A DNA stretch of 64,000 bases from assembly GCA_023402075.1 (NCBI GenBank), contig JAEXCS010000002.1, positions 17,532 to 81,531 of the forward strand. Reading direction: 5' to 3'. The stretch is from Bacillota bacterium (GTDB taxonomy: Bacteria; Bacillota; Clostridia; Oscillospirales; Oscillospiraceae). Within the stretch, counting starts at the first letter, position 1; the number at the start of each line of letters is the position of its first letter. The position numbers and the translations under genes are program-made. The notes under the pieces are model-generated. The model was given only the letters and a program-made list of their open reading frames with translations, was not told the origin of the DNA and searched no databases. Positions 1 through 9,194 of the stretch are shown one piece after another.

Positions 1-1
1 T

Positions 2-2050
2 AAGCCCTGCCGCCTGCTGTTTGTGGCGCATCATGAGGAAATCCTCAAGCAGAGCCTGTATACCTTCCGCGCCGTGCTGAAGGACGCTAATTTTGGCGAA
101 CTATTCGTGGGCAGCTACAAGCCGGAGAGCGTGGACAATCTGTTCTTGTCCATCCAAACCTTCAACTCTCAGGGCTTCACCGATAAGACGACTCCGGACT
201 TTTATGACTACATTGTGGTGGACGAATTTCACCACGCCGCCGCTCCCAGCTACAAAAAGCTGCTCGAATACTATCAGCCGAAAATCCTGTTGGGGCTCAC
301 CGCCACGCCGGAACGTATGGACGGTAAAAGCATCCTGCCCTACTTCAATAACCGCATCGCGGCAGAGATCCGTCTGCCCGAGGCCATCGACCGGAAGCTC
401 CTGTGCCCGTTTCAGTATTTTGGCGTGACGGACAATATCGATCTGGATACCCTGCGCTGGAGCGCCGGCGGCTACGACAAGACGGAGCTCTCCAATCTCT
501 ATACCCTCAGCGGAGTCGCCGCGAACCGCCGCGCAGATTTAGTGGTTTCTTCTCTGCACAAATATGTCACCGACATTGACGATGTGAAGGGTCTGGGCTT
601 CTGTGTATCCATTGAACACGCACAGTTCATGTGCAGCTATTTCAACGACCACGGCATCCCGGCCATGTACCTGATCGGTTCCTCGCCAGATGAAGAACGG
701 CAGACCGCCAAGCAGCGACTGGTGACCGGCGACGTGCGCTTCATCTTTGTGGTGGACATCTACAACGAGGGCGTGGACATTCCGGAGGTCAACACGGTGC
801 TGTTTCTTCGCCCTACGGAATCCCTGACGATTTTCTTGCAACAGTTGGGGCGCGGCCTGCGTCTCGCCGAGGATAAAGAGTGCCTGACCGTGCTGGATTT
901 TATCGGTCAGGCAAACAGGAATTATAACTTTGAGGACAAGTTCGCGGCGCTGCTTTCCAACACCAATCGCAGCGTGACCCGTGAGCTGAAGGATGGTTTT
1001 GTCTCCGTCCCCAAAGGCTGCTATATTCAGCTGGAGAAAAAGGCCGCCAAGTACATCTTGGACAACATTCGCGCCTCTTATGGCAACAGTACCGGACTGG
1101 TGTCGCGGATTGCCAGCTTTTCGGACGACAGCGGCCTTAACCTGACGCTGGGCAACTTCCTCGATTACTATCACCTTGACCCCCGCGCCATCTACAAGTT
1201 CTCCTCCTTTTCCCGTCTCTGCGCCCGTGCGGATGTGGCGGAGGATTTTGCGGAGCCGCTGGAGGACACGATCACAAAGGCGATGACGAGGTTTTCTGTG
1301 CTGGACTCCCGGCGATTCATCTCTTTCTTGCTGGACCTTCTGCCCCGGCTGGACGATGTGGATTTCACCGCGCTGCCGGATCTGGACAAGCGGATGCTGC
1401 AAATGTTCTACGTCACCGTCTGGGGCAAGGCGGTGGAGGACTGGAACGCTGATGAGGTTCTGGACAACCTGTATGGGCTGGCAGATAGCCCGGTGATGCG
1501 CGCGGAGCTCTTGGAGCTGCTGCGCTACCAATATAACCGCATTGACTTTATTGACGAGCCGGTGGATTTGAACTTTGACTGTCCGCTGGATCTGCACTGC
1601 ACCTACACACGTGATCAGCTGCTGGTTGCCATGGATTTTTTGAAGCCCGCTACCGTGCGTGAGGGCGTGAAGTGGCTGCCGGATAAGGGCTTGGACGTGT
1701 TCTTCGTGACCCTCAACAAGGCGGACAAGGACTACTCGCCAACTACCATGTACAACGATTATTCCGTGAGCGAGAGTCTGTTCCACTGGCAGAGCCAGAG
1801 CACCACAGCGGAGGATTCCTCTACTGGCCAGCGGTACATTCACCACCGGGAACGAGGCTCCAAGGTGCTGCTGTTCGTGCGAGAGTTTAAGACTGACCGC
1901 GTCACGGGCGGTGCCGGAGCCTACACCTTCCTCGGCACGGCAAACTATGTGAAGCATGAGGGCAGTCGGCCCATGAATATCACATGGAGACTGGACAGGC
2001 CGATTCCGGCAAAGTTCCTCAAGAAAACAAATAAGTTGGTGGTGGGGTAA
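2..2050 (+). CDS. SF2 helicase with C-terminal DUF3427-like domain (SauUSI-like type IV restriction enzyme), 5'-truncated by window edge
   Basis: Frame open from nt 2 (KPCRLLFVAHHEEIL); DEFHH, TATPER, NEGVD, QQLGRGLR helicase motifs; C-terminal YNDY..FHWQSQS..LLFVRE typical of DUF3427. The expected N-terminal PLD nuclease would lie outside the window. Confidence 0.85.
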   Translation, partial: KPCRLLFVAHHEEILKQSLYTFRAVLKDANFGELFVGSYKPESVDNLFLSIQTFNSQGFTDKTTPDFYDYIVVDEFHHAAAPSYKKLLEYYQPKILLGLTATPERMDGKSILPYFNNRIAAEIRLPEAIDRKLLCPFQYFGVTDNIDLDTLRWSAGGYDKTELSNLYTLSGVAANRRADLVVSSLHKYVTDIDDVKGLGFCVSIEHAQFMCSYFNDHGIPAMYLIGSSPDEERQTAKQRLVTGDVRFIFVVDIYNEGVDIPEVNTVLFLRPTESLTIFLQQLGRGLRLAEDKECLTVLDFIGQANRNYNFEDKFAALLSNTNRSVTRELKDGFVSVPKGCYIQLEKKAAKYILDNIRASYGNSTGLVSRIASFSDDSGLNLTLGNFLDYYHLDPRAIYKFSSFSRLCARADVAEDFAEPLEDTITKAMTRFSVLDSRRFISFLLDLLPRLDDVDFTALPDLDKRMLQMFYVTVWGKAVEDWNADEVLDNLYGLADSPVMRAELLELLRYQYNRIDFIDEPVDLNFDCPLDLHCTYTRDQLLVAMDFLKPATVREGVKWLPDKGLDVFFVTLNKADKDYSPTTMYNDYSVSESLFHWQSQSTTAEDSSTGQRYIHHRERGSKVLLFVREFKTDRVTGGAGAYTFLGTANYVKHEGSRPMNITWRLDRPIPAKFLKKTNKLVVG

Positions 2051-2051
2051 G

Positions 2052-2444
2052 ATGACCGAAGTAGTTGCCGCCCTAATATGGGACAAGAATAAATTTATGA
2101 TCTGCCAGCGGCCGACAAACAAGGCGCGTGGAATGCTGTGGGAGTTCGTCGGCGGCAAGGTGGAGCCCGGTGAAACAAAGGAGCAGGCGCTTATCCGCGA
2201 GTGTCAGGAGGAGTTGGCCATTACCCTCTCCGTTGGCGAGGTGTTTATGGCCGTAGTCCACGAATACCCCGACCTGACCGTGCACCTGACGCTGTTCAAT
2301 GCAATCATTGCGGAGGGTACGCCGCAAAAGCTGGAGCACAACGATATCCGCTGGGTCACCGTGGATGAGATACCGGAGTATGCCTTCTGCCCCGCAGACG
2401 AAACAATATTGAGTAAGATTTCCGCAGCAGAAATGAAAAAGTGA
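2052..2444 (+). CDS. NUDIX (MutT-like) hydrolase
   Basis: Nudix box GGKVEPGETKEQALIRECQEEL; starts 1 nt after upstream stop. Confidence 0.92.
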   Translation: MTEVVAALIWDKNKFMICQRPTNKARGMLWEFVGGKVEPGETKEQALIRECQEELAITLSVGEVFMAVVHEYPDLTVHLTLFNAIIAEGTPQKLEHNDIRWVTVDEIPEYAFCPADETILSKISAAEMKK

Positions 2445-2455
2445 GGGAAATGAAA

Positions 2456-3574
2456 ATGAGCGAGCGATATATCGCATTCGACGTAGAGACTCCGAACTAT
2501 GCCAATGACCGTATCAGCGCGATTGGCATTTCCGTGATTGAAAATGGATGCGTAACCAGTGATTTCTATACGCTTGTCAATCCAGAAGCTCACTTTGACC
2601 CATTTAATATTCAGCTTACCGGGAGCACACCGGAGATGGTGGCGGATAAGCCCACATTTCCGGAACTGTGGGAGAAAATCCAGCCGATCATGGACAGCGG
2701 CCTGCTAATCGCACATAATGCGCCGTTTGACATGGGCGTATTGGCCCAGTGTCTGAATAATTATCGCATTGAATGGCAGCCCTTTACCTATTACGCCTGC
2801 ACGTGTGTCATGGGCCGGGCTTGTTATCCGAATCTCAATAATCACAAGTTAAACACGCTTTGCGAGTATTTGCAGTTGGATCTGGATCATCACAATGCCG
2901 GTAGCGACAGCCGTGCCTGTGCAGAGCTGCTGCTGGACTACATACGCCACGGTTTAACGCCAGAACGTTTTCTACGAAGATATGATTTGGCACAGCGCCG
3001 CACCCTGCGCACACCTCCCAAAGCAGCGCCAAGCGAAACGACAAGGCAACTTCTCGAACTGAAAGAGCTTCTTGGCGCGGTCACTGCAGATAACGAACTA
3101 AAAGAAGAAGAAGTTCTGTTCCTTCAGAACTGGATGGTGCGGAATATTACACTGCGCGGTAACTTTCCGTTTGACAAGATATTTGAAACCGTAGACAAAG
3201 CGCTGGAAGACGGCATCCTCGAAAAATTCGAATTGGACTCAATGCTCCAATTATTCGAGCGAATTACGGACCCGGTTGCAAGTGCCTGTAGCTGCGACTG
3301 CTTTGACATCAGCGGTAAGACGTTTTGTCTAACAGGTGAATTTGAGTTTGGGAGCCGGTCCGAAGTGGAATCCGCACTTTGCCAAAAAGGCGGTACTCCG
3401 GTCGGCAGTGTGACAAGGAAAACGGATTGCCTGGTTGTCGGAAGTAAAGGCAGTGAAGCTTGGAGCAATGGAAATTATGGAACCAAAGTGAAAAAGGCAA
3501 TGGAACTTCAAGAAAAAGGAATTTCTATACGGATTGTGAAAGAACAGAATATTTGTAGCCTGCTGTCTGTTTGA
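2456..3574 (+). CDS. DEDDh 3'-5' exonuclease fused to helical domain and C-terminal BRCT
   Basis: FDVET, HNAPFD, HHNAGSD exonuclease motifs; GKTFCLTG..SVTRKTDCLVVG..GTKVKKA BRCT motif; alternative starts 2441/2450. Confidence 0.85.
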   Translation: MSERYIAFDVETPNYANDRISAIGISVIENGCVTSDFYTLVNPEAHFDPFNIQLTGSTPEMVADKPTFPELWEKIQPIMDSGLLIAHNAPFDMGVLAQCLNNYRIEWQPFTYYACTCVMGRACYPNLNNHKLNTLCEYLQLDLDHHNAGSDSRACAELLLDYIRHGLTPERFLRRYDLAQRRTLRTPPKAAPSETTRQLLELKELLGAVTADNELKEEEVLFLQNWMVRNITLRGNFPFDKIFETVDKALEDGILEKFELDSMLQLFERITDPVASACSCDCFDISGKTFCLTGEFEFGSRSEVESALCQKGGTPVGSVTRKTDCLVVGSKGSEAWSNGNYGTKVKKAMELQEKGISIRIVKEQNICSLLSV

Positions 3575-3586
3575 AAGGATTGCGTT

Positions 3587-3907
3587 ATGAAAGTCAAGGT
3601 GTATAACAAACTCGTCCGCGACCACATTCCGGAGATCATCGAGTCCTCTGGCAAGGTTTGTATGACTGAGATTCTTACGGATGAAGCTTATCTCAAAATG
3701 CTGGATAATAAGCTGGATGAGGAGTTGGCGGAATACCATAAGGATCAGAACATTGAGGAGCTGGCTGATCTTTTGGAGGTCATCCGCGCCTGTACAATTG
3801 CCCGTGGCTATTCCACGGATGAACTGAAGAATGTGCGCGCAGACAAAGCCGCCAAACGCGGCGGTTTTGAGCAGAAAATATTGCTCAAGGAAGTTATCGA
3901 GAATTGA
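3587..3907 (+). CDS. MazG-like/all-alpha nucleoside triphosphate pyrophosphohydrolase
   Basis: YNKLVRDHIPEII, KLDEELAEY, EELADLLEVI motifs. Confidence 0.85.
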   Translation: MKVKVYNKLVRDHIPEIIESSGKVCMTEILTDEAYLKMLDNKLDEELAEYHKDQNIEELADLLEVIRACTIARGYSTDELKNVRADKAAKRGGFEQKILLKEVIEN

Positions 3908-3916
3908 GGTGATCCC

Positions 3917-6181
3917 ATGCCCACATACCACGCCGCGTCCGGAAGCGCGGCTGAGAACTTGTTCATAGACCTGTTTGCGGATACCTTTGGTGCGGAAAAG
4001 GCAGGGTATCTCTATTCGCAGTACCCGTTTTTCGATATCTACCAAGACAGCCGCTTTGCCGACTTCGTGCTGGAAACGGGTATGCGCCGAGTTGCATTTG
4101 AAGTGGACGATGAAGCCTCACACAATCCGAGGCTCATTTCCACAGACAAGTTCTACGACCATCTGCTCAAGCAAAACAGTATGGTCTATTTGGGCTGGGA
4201 CGTATACCGCTTCGCCGTTCGGCAAATGCAGCAGCAGCCGGACTCCATCAAAGACGAACTGCAACTCCTACTTGGCAAATATCCACAGTTCAAGGAGATT
4301 GAGGACTACCTCCCCACCCAGCGAGCGCGCTCTATCAATGCAGGCAATCTGGAACTGAAAGCGCACCAAAAGGCGGCGCTGCACTCGCTTCAGGAAATGC
4401 GTGAAAACGGCGAAACCATTGGCCTGCTTTATCACGCAACCGGCACTGGCAAGACCGTTACCGCAGTCATGGACGCCAAGACCTGCGGCGGACGGACGCT
4501 ATTCCTTGCCCACACCCACGAGCTGGTGGATCAGGCTGCCGAGACCTTCCGCAAGCTGTGGCCCAGCATCACTGTAGGCCGTTACATGGATGCCATCAAG
4601 CAGCCAAATGCCCATGTGGTCTGCGGCAGCATCCAAAGCGTTGCGCTGAATTTGGACAAGTTTAAAGACAGCGATTTTGACTATCTCATCATTGATGAGG
4701 CGCACCACGCTTCCGCCGATACATATCAAAAGGTTTTGGCCTATTTCAAGCCGCAGTTTACGCTGGGGCTCACCGCCACGCCCGAGCGCACAGATGACAA
4801 CACCGTCATCTTGAACATATTCAAAAATACAGCGCACAAGCTCGACATTCAGACTGCCGTGGAAATCGGCGAGCTGGTTCCTGTGCGCTGCATTCGCATC
4901 CATACCAATATTGATTTGACCAGAGTACGCTTCAACAGCGTTCAATATAATATCCGCGATTTGGAAAGTAAAATCTACGTCCCGGAGCGCAACCGCCTCA
5001 TCATAGACACCTGGCTACAATATGTAAAGAACCGTCGCACGGTGGTATTCTGCGCCAGTGTAAAGCATGCCGAGGAGATCGCCGCTCTGTTCATCGGCAA
5101 GGGCATCGCTGCCTCTGCCGTGTCCGGCAGTATGAAGGCGTCTGAGCGGCAGGAGCATCTTGCCAAGTTTGCCACCGGCGAAATAAAGGTGCTGTGTGCC
5201 TGCGATCTGCTCAACGAGGGTTGGGACTGCCCGCAGACGGAGGTACTGTTCATGGCGCGGCCCACCATGTCCAAGGTGCTGTACACCCAGCAGTTGGGGC
5301 GCGGTATGCGGCTGAGCAACGACAAGGACTGCCTGATGGTGTTCGACTTCGTGGACAACGCCAGCCAATACAATATGCCACAGTCCCTACACCGGCTGTT
5401 CCGGTTGAAGGACTATCACGCCGGCGGATTGGCGCTGGCACCGCAGGGACAAAAAGCCGCCGAGGAAGGCTTGTATGCCAAGGGCGAGAAGCCGGATGCC
5501 CTGATCGACTGGCCGGTGGACGCCACTGATTACGAGCTGGTGGACATTTTCAACTGGCAGGAGGAAGCCGCCGGCATGATCTCGCAGATGGAGTTCGTGC
5601 GCCGCGTGGATGTGCAGACCGAGACCATAGAGCGCTATGTTCGGGAGGGGCTCTTGGTGCCGGATCTGGTGGTACCCATGAGCGAGCATCGCACCTTCAA
5701 GTATTTCAAAGAAGAGACGCTGGAAAAGTACGCCGAGCAGTACGGCTGGACGCTGATCGACGATTCCAACCGCAAGGACTTGTTTCTGGATATGATTCGG
5801 CAGATGGATATGAGCTATTCCTACAAGCCGGTGCTCATCAAGGCCGTGCTGCTGTACGCCGACGAAAAAGGCCGTGTGAAGCTCGGCGACATCGTGGCGT
5901 ATTTCCGAGATTTCTATGAGCAGCGCCGCGCCGCCGGGCTGGTTGTAGAAAAGGCCAACAGCATCTACGCCAAGGGCGGCTACACGAATACGGACGCCGA
6001 GCGCAACATCCTCGCCAATCCCTTCAAACGCTTTGAGGACATGCAGATGACGCGGCATACCAAAACGCTGGGAATCGTCGAGGTGGACGGGGCCGTGTGG
6101 AAGAATCTATCGCAAGAAGAGAAAACCGAGATAGAGCGCATTTGCGACCAGAAGCTGACGGAGTACTATGCGAGAGTTTGA
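3917..6181 (+). CDS. Vsr/DUF559-like nuclease-SF2 helicase fusion with C-terminal DNA-binding domains
   Basis: N-term RFADF..FEVDD..H..QN..LGWDVYRF; ATGTGKT, DEAH, TATPER, LNEGWD, QQLGRGMR; RBS GAGGTG. Confidence 0.85.
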   Translation: MPTYHAASGSAAENLFIDLFADTFGAEKAGYLYSQYPFFDIYQDSRFADFVLETGMRRVAFEVDDEASHNPRLISTDKFYDHLLKQNSMVYLGWDVYRFAVRQMQQQPDSIKDELQLLLGKYPQFKEIEDYLPTQRARSINAGNLELKAHQKAALHSLQEMRENGETIGLLYHATGTGKTVTAVMDAKTCGGRTLFLAHTHELVDQAAETFRKLWPSITVGRYMDAIKQPNAHVVCGSIQSVALNLDKFKDSDFDYLIIDEAHHASADTYQKVLAYFKPQFTLGLTATPERTDDNTVILNIFKNTAHKLDIQTAVEIGELVPVRCIRIHTNIDLTRVRFNSVQYNIRDLESKIYVPERNRLIIDTWLQYVKNRRTVVFCASVKHAEEIAALFIGKGIAASAVSGSMKASERQEHLAKFATGEIKVLCACDLLNEGWDCPQTEVLFMARPTMSKVLYTQQLGRGMRLSNDKDCLMVFDFVDNASQYNMPQSLHRLFRLKDYHAGGLALAPQGQKAAEEGLYAKGEKPDALIDWPVDATDYELVDIFNWQEEAAGMISQMEFVRRVDVQTETIERYVREGLLVPDLVVPMSEHRTFKYFKEETLEKYAEQYGWTLIDDSNRKDLFLDMIRQMDMSYSYKPVLIKAVLLYADEKGRVKLGDIVAYFRDFYEQRRAAGLVVEKANSIYAKGGYTNTDAERNILANPFKRFEDMQMTRHTKTLGIVEVDGAVWKNLSQEEKTEIERICDQKLTEYYARV

Positions 6182-6250
6182 GTTGCAGGATATACAAATT
6201 AGGGGAAGTTCAGCGATTGTAATAGAGAGCGCGGATAGGGGATAAATAAT

Positions 6251-7237
6251 ATGACACAAGAAGAAATCTTTAAGCAAATACAACATGCTGTCTCAGATGT
6301 CCCTTTAATGTTGGTTGGGAGTGGATCTTCTGCAGCACATGATTTGCCTGGCATGCAACCGCTCGGTAAGTATATTCTTACGGAATTATCATGGAAATAC
6401 TCCGAAGATCCAAGTTGGATACAGTTTGATGAAAACATAAGTAGCGGTCTTGACTTAGAGACCGCCTTAGCTGATATAGTTTTTTGTCCTGAGATTGTAA
6501 ATGATATACGAAGAGTTACATGGGAACTTTTATCAAAATCGGATTTGGATCTCTTCTATCGTATTGTTTTCAATCAAGAACAAATACCCCTTTCGAGGCT
6601 AATAAAAAAGTTTTATCAACCGCACCCGCAGTGTGTAAATATAATAACGACTAATTATGATAGAGTTATTGAGTATGCCTGTGATGTCGGCCAAATTCCG
6701 ATATATACCGGGTTTGAAGGATATTTTATTAAGCATTACACTGGAAATTTTGCAAATAAAAACGCGGTCAATTTGATAAAGGTTCATGGCTCTTTAGATT
6801 TTTTCAAGGATTCACATGAAAGCGCCCTATCTTTACCGCTTCAACAAGCTATACCAACCGGATTAAAAGCAGATATAATTACGCCTGGCATTTCAAAATA
6901 TCAGGCTGTATTGAGGGGAACGGAGCGACAACTGTTAAATAAATGTGACCTGCTTATTCAGCGAGCCCGAGCGTACATATGTATCGGGTATGGCTTTAAT
7001 GATGAGCAAATCCAAGAAAACATAGTGTCAGCAATTAGAACCGGAAAACCCATTGTTAATGTAACGAGATCGGTAAGTGAAAAAGCTGCTCATTTGCTGG
7101 CGAATAACGCAACATATTACATTTCTATTCAGAGAGGACAAGTTCCAAACACTACAGAATTTTGTGTTAATCGAGAAATAACCGTGCTTGAGGGAGAATA
7201 CTGGACAATTAATGGCTTACTAAAAATTATTGATTAG
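6251..7237 (+). CDS. SIR2-family NADase of Sir2-HerA defence system
   Basis: LVGSGSS, ITTNYD, IKVHGS, IGYGFND motifs; directly upstream of HerA. Confidence 0.88.
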   Translation: MTQEEIFKQIQHAVSDVPLMLVGSGSSAAHDLPGMQPLGKYILTELSWKYSEDPSWIQFDENISSGLDLETALADIVFCPEIVNDIRRVTWELLSKSDLDLFYRIVFNQEQIPLSRLIKKFYQPHPQCVNIITTNYDRVIEYACDVGQIPIYTGFEGYFIKHYTGNFANKNAVNLIKVHGSLDFFKDSHESALSLPLQQAIPTGLKADIITPGISKYQAVLRGTERQLLNKCDLLIQRARAYICIGYGFNDEQIQENIVSAIRTGKPIVNVTRSVSEKAAHLLANNATYYISIQRGQVPNTTEFCVNREITVLEGEYWTINGLLKIID

Positions 7238-7248
7238 GGGTAATCTAT

Positions 7249-8949
7249 ATGGGGATTTTTAACTTTGATTTAATGAAACCGTTTGGGACAATCCAAAGTG
7301 TAGATACAGCAACCATAGTTGTAAGAATCACGGATGAAGATCAGCTTTCAAAGCTCCAGGTTAATCACCTTATTGCGATTCGTGCATCAAAAGCAGGACA
7401 GACACTCATAGGTATGGTTAGTAAGATTATGCGAAAATACGGCGATGAAACTGATCTTGCAGAAGGCGAAGACATATCTTCAAGCGATATAGTAAAAGCA
7501 ACCTTAATTGGAACCCTTCTCGATCGAGACGGAGAAAAGGCCAATGTTTTTAAGAGGACATTGGAATCTGTGCCAGAAATTGATTCTGATTGTTTTGTTA
7601 TGGCAGACGATGGTTTAACTGCATTTATGTCTGCAATTTCTGGAGCTGATTCTGGAATAGAAAATCCTTTGTGCATTGGAAAATATACTATTAACAATGG
7701 CGCTAAAGCGTGGATTGATGGGAACAGACTTTTTCAGCGACATGCAGTCATTGTAGGAAGCACAGGATCAGGAAAGTCTTATACCGTTGCAACACTAATA
7801 GAGAAAATTGCAGATCTTAAATCTTGTAATGCTGTTTTATTTGATATACATGGTGAATATGAACCGATTACTGGAAATGGAATACAGCACTACAAAATTG
7901 CAGGTCCTTCAGATGCGCCGGCAGGTAATACTATCTTTTTGCCATATTGGCTGTTGAGCTATGAGGAAATGCTTGCTTTAATGTTAGATCGTTCTGACGC
8001 AAACGCACCAAACCAAGCTATGATTTTTAGCCAAACCGTTTTACAAGCCAAGCAAGATCTATTGACCGAGATAGGAGATACCACTTTACGGGCCCAAATT
8101 ACGATTGATAGCCCAGTTCCATATAAAATTGCGAATGTACTTGAAATGTTAAACGCGAAAAATACAGAAACCAAACTTGGAGCATCAGGAAGAACAGTTC
8201 AAGGTGATTTTTGTGGTAAGCTGTCGAGATTTATACAACGCCTTGATGCGAAAGTCAATGACAAAAGATTGAATTTCATGTTTTCAAATAATGCGGATCT
8301 CCTGAGGTTTGATTACATGAATGATTTGTGCAAAAAATTGATGTCGCCTGCAAGCCAAGGTGGCGGAGTAAAAATCATTGATTTCTCAGAAGTACCTTCA
8401 GATATACTGCCATTGATTGTTTCCCTGATTGCACGAGTAATCTTTTCTGTACAACAATGGATCGATAAAGCAGATTTAAATCCAATTGCAATCTTTTGCG
8501 ATGAGGCACATTTGTATATTCCTGCTAATGCTCAGCAAGGAGTTGAAAGTTCAAGCTTACAAAGTTTCGAGAGAATAGCAAAAGAGGGCAGAAAATATGG
8601 AGTTGGATTGGTTGTAATAAGCCAACGGCCATCCGAGGTAAATCGCACCGTTTTAAGCCAGAGCAGCAACTATATTGCAATGCGACTAACAAATGCAGAT
8701 GATCAAAATGTAATAAAAAAATTACTGCCTGATAGCATAGGAAATTTTGCAGATCTTCTTCCTATACTGGATATTGGAGAAGCAATTGTTGTCGGAGATG
8801 CATGTTTATTACCAAGCAGAATTGTCATTGATATGCCGGTTAAAGTACCCAATAGTGCTACAGTAAAGTTTTGGACTGAATGGTGTAAAGAAGCGGTTTC
8901 GGATAACATTGATAATGCAGTTGAGTCCTTACGTAAACAAAGCAAATAA
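7249..8949 (+). CDS. herA: HerA/DUF87 ATPase of Sir2-HerA defence system
   Basis: HAVIVGSTGSGKS Walker A, DIHGEY, DEAH, IAKEGRKYG, SQRPSE. Confidence 0.9.
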   Translation: MGIFNFDLMKPFGTIQSVDTATIVVRITDEDQLSKLQVNHLIAIRASKAGQTLIGMVSKIMRKYGDETDLAEGEDISSSDIVKATLIGTLLDRDGEKANVFKRTLESVPEIDSDCFVMADDGLTAFMSAISGADSGIENPLCIGKYTINNGAKAWIDGNRLFQRHAVIVGSTGSGKSYTVATLIEKIADLKSCNAVLFDIHGEYEPITGNGIQHYKIAGPSDAPAGNTIFLPYWLLSYEEMLALMLDRSDANAPNQAMIFSQTVLQAKQDLLTEIGDTTLRAQITIDSPVPYKIANVLEMLNAKNTETKLGASGRTVQGDFCGKLSRFIQRLDAKVNDKRLNFMFSNNADLLRFDYMNDLCKKLMSPASQGGGVKIIDFSEVPSDILPLIVSLIARVIFSVQQWIDKADLNPIAIFCDEAHLYIPANAQQGVESSSLQSFERIAKEGRKYGVGLVVISQRPSEVNRTVLSQSSNYIAMRLTNADDQNVIKKLLPDSIGNFADLLPILDIGEAIVVGDACLLPSRIVIDMPVKVPNSATVKFWTEWCKEAVSDNIDNAVESLRKQSK

Positions 8950-9194
8950 TGCATATTATTTAATTCCGTGAGTTGCGCAGTTTGTTTATTATCAACTCTC
9001 TTTGTGTTCACATATAACTTGAGATTTCTCCAAAAGACTATCAAAATTCAGTTTGTATTAATGTGATGGATGGGCACGGTATCCCTGAAATAGAGTATTA
9101 CAAAACAGTAACACAGGCACAGAACTCAAAATTAGTCAATAGAGTGAAATGTGGCAAATACTATGCCTATAACGGCATAACGGGTGGTAATGGC

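Noticed and set aside
539..2158. Long antisense ORF (539 aa) and similar ones (20664-21998, 41661-43262, 44137-45393, 61441-62721)
   Set aside because: Shadows of GC-rich coding genes on the opposite strand, no recognisable motifs
6251..7237. Thoeris ThsA or DSR
   Set aside because: No TIR, Macro or SLOG partner; the adjacent gene is HerA
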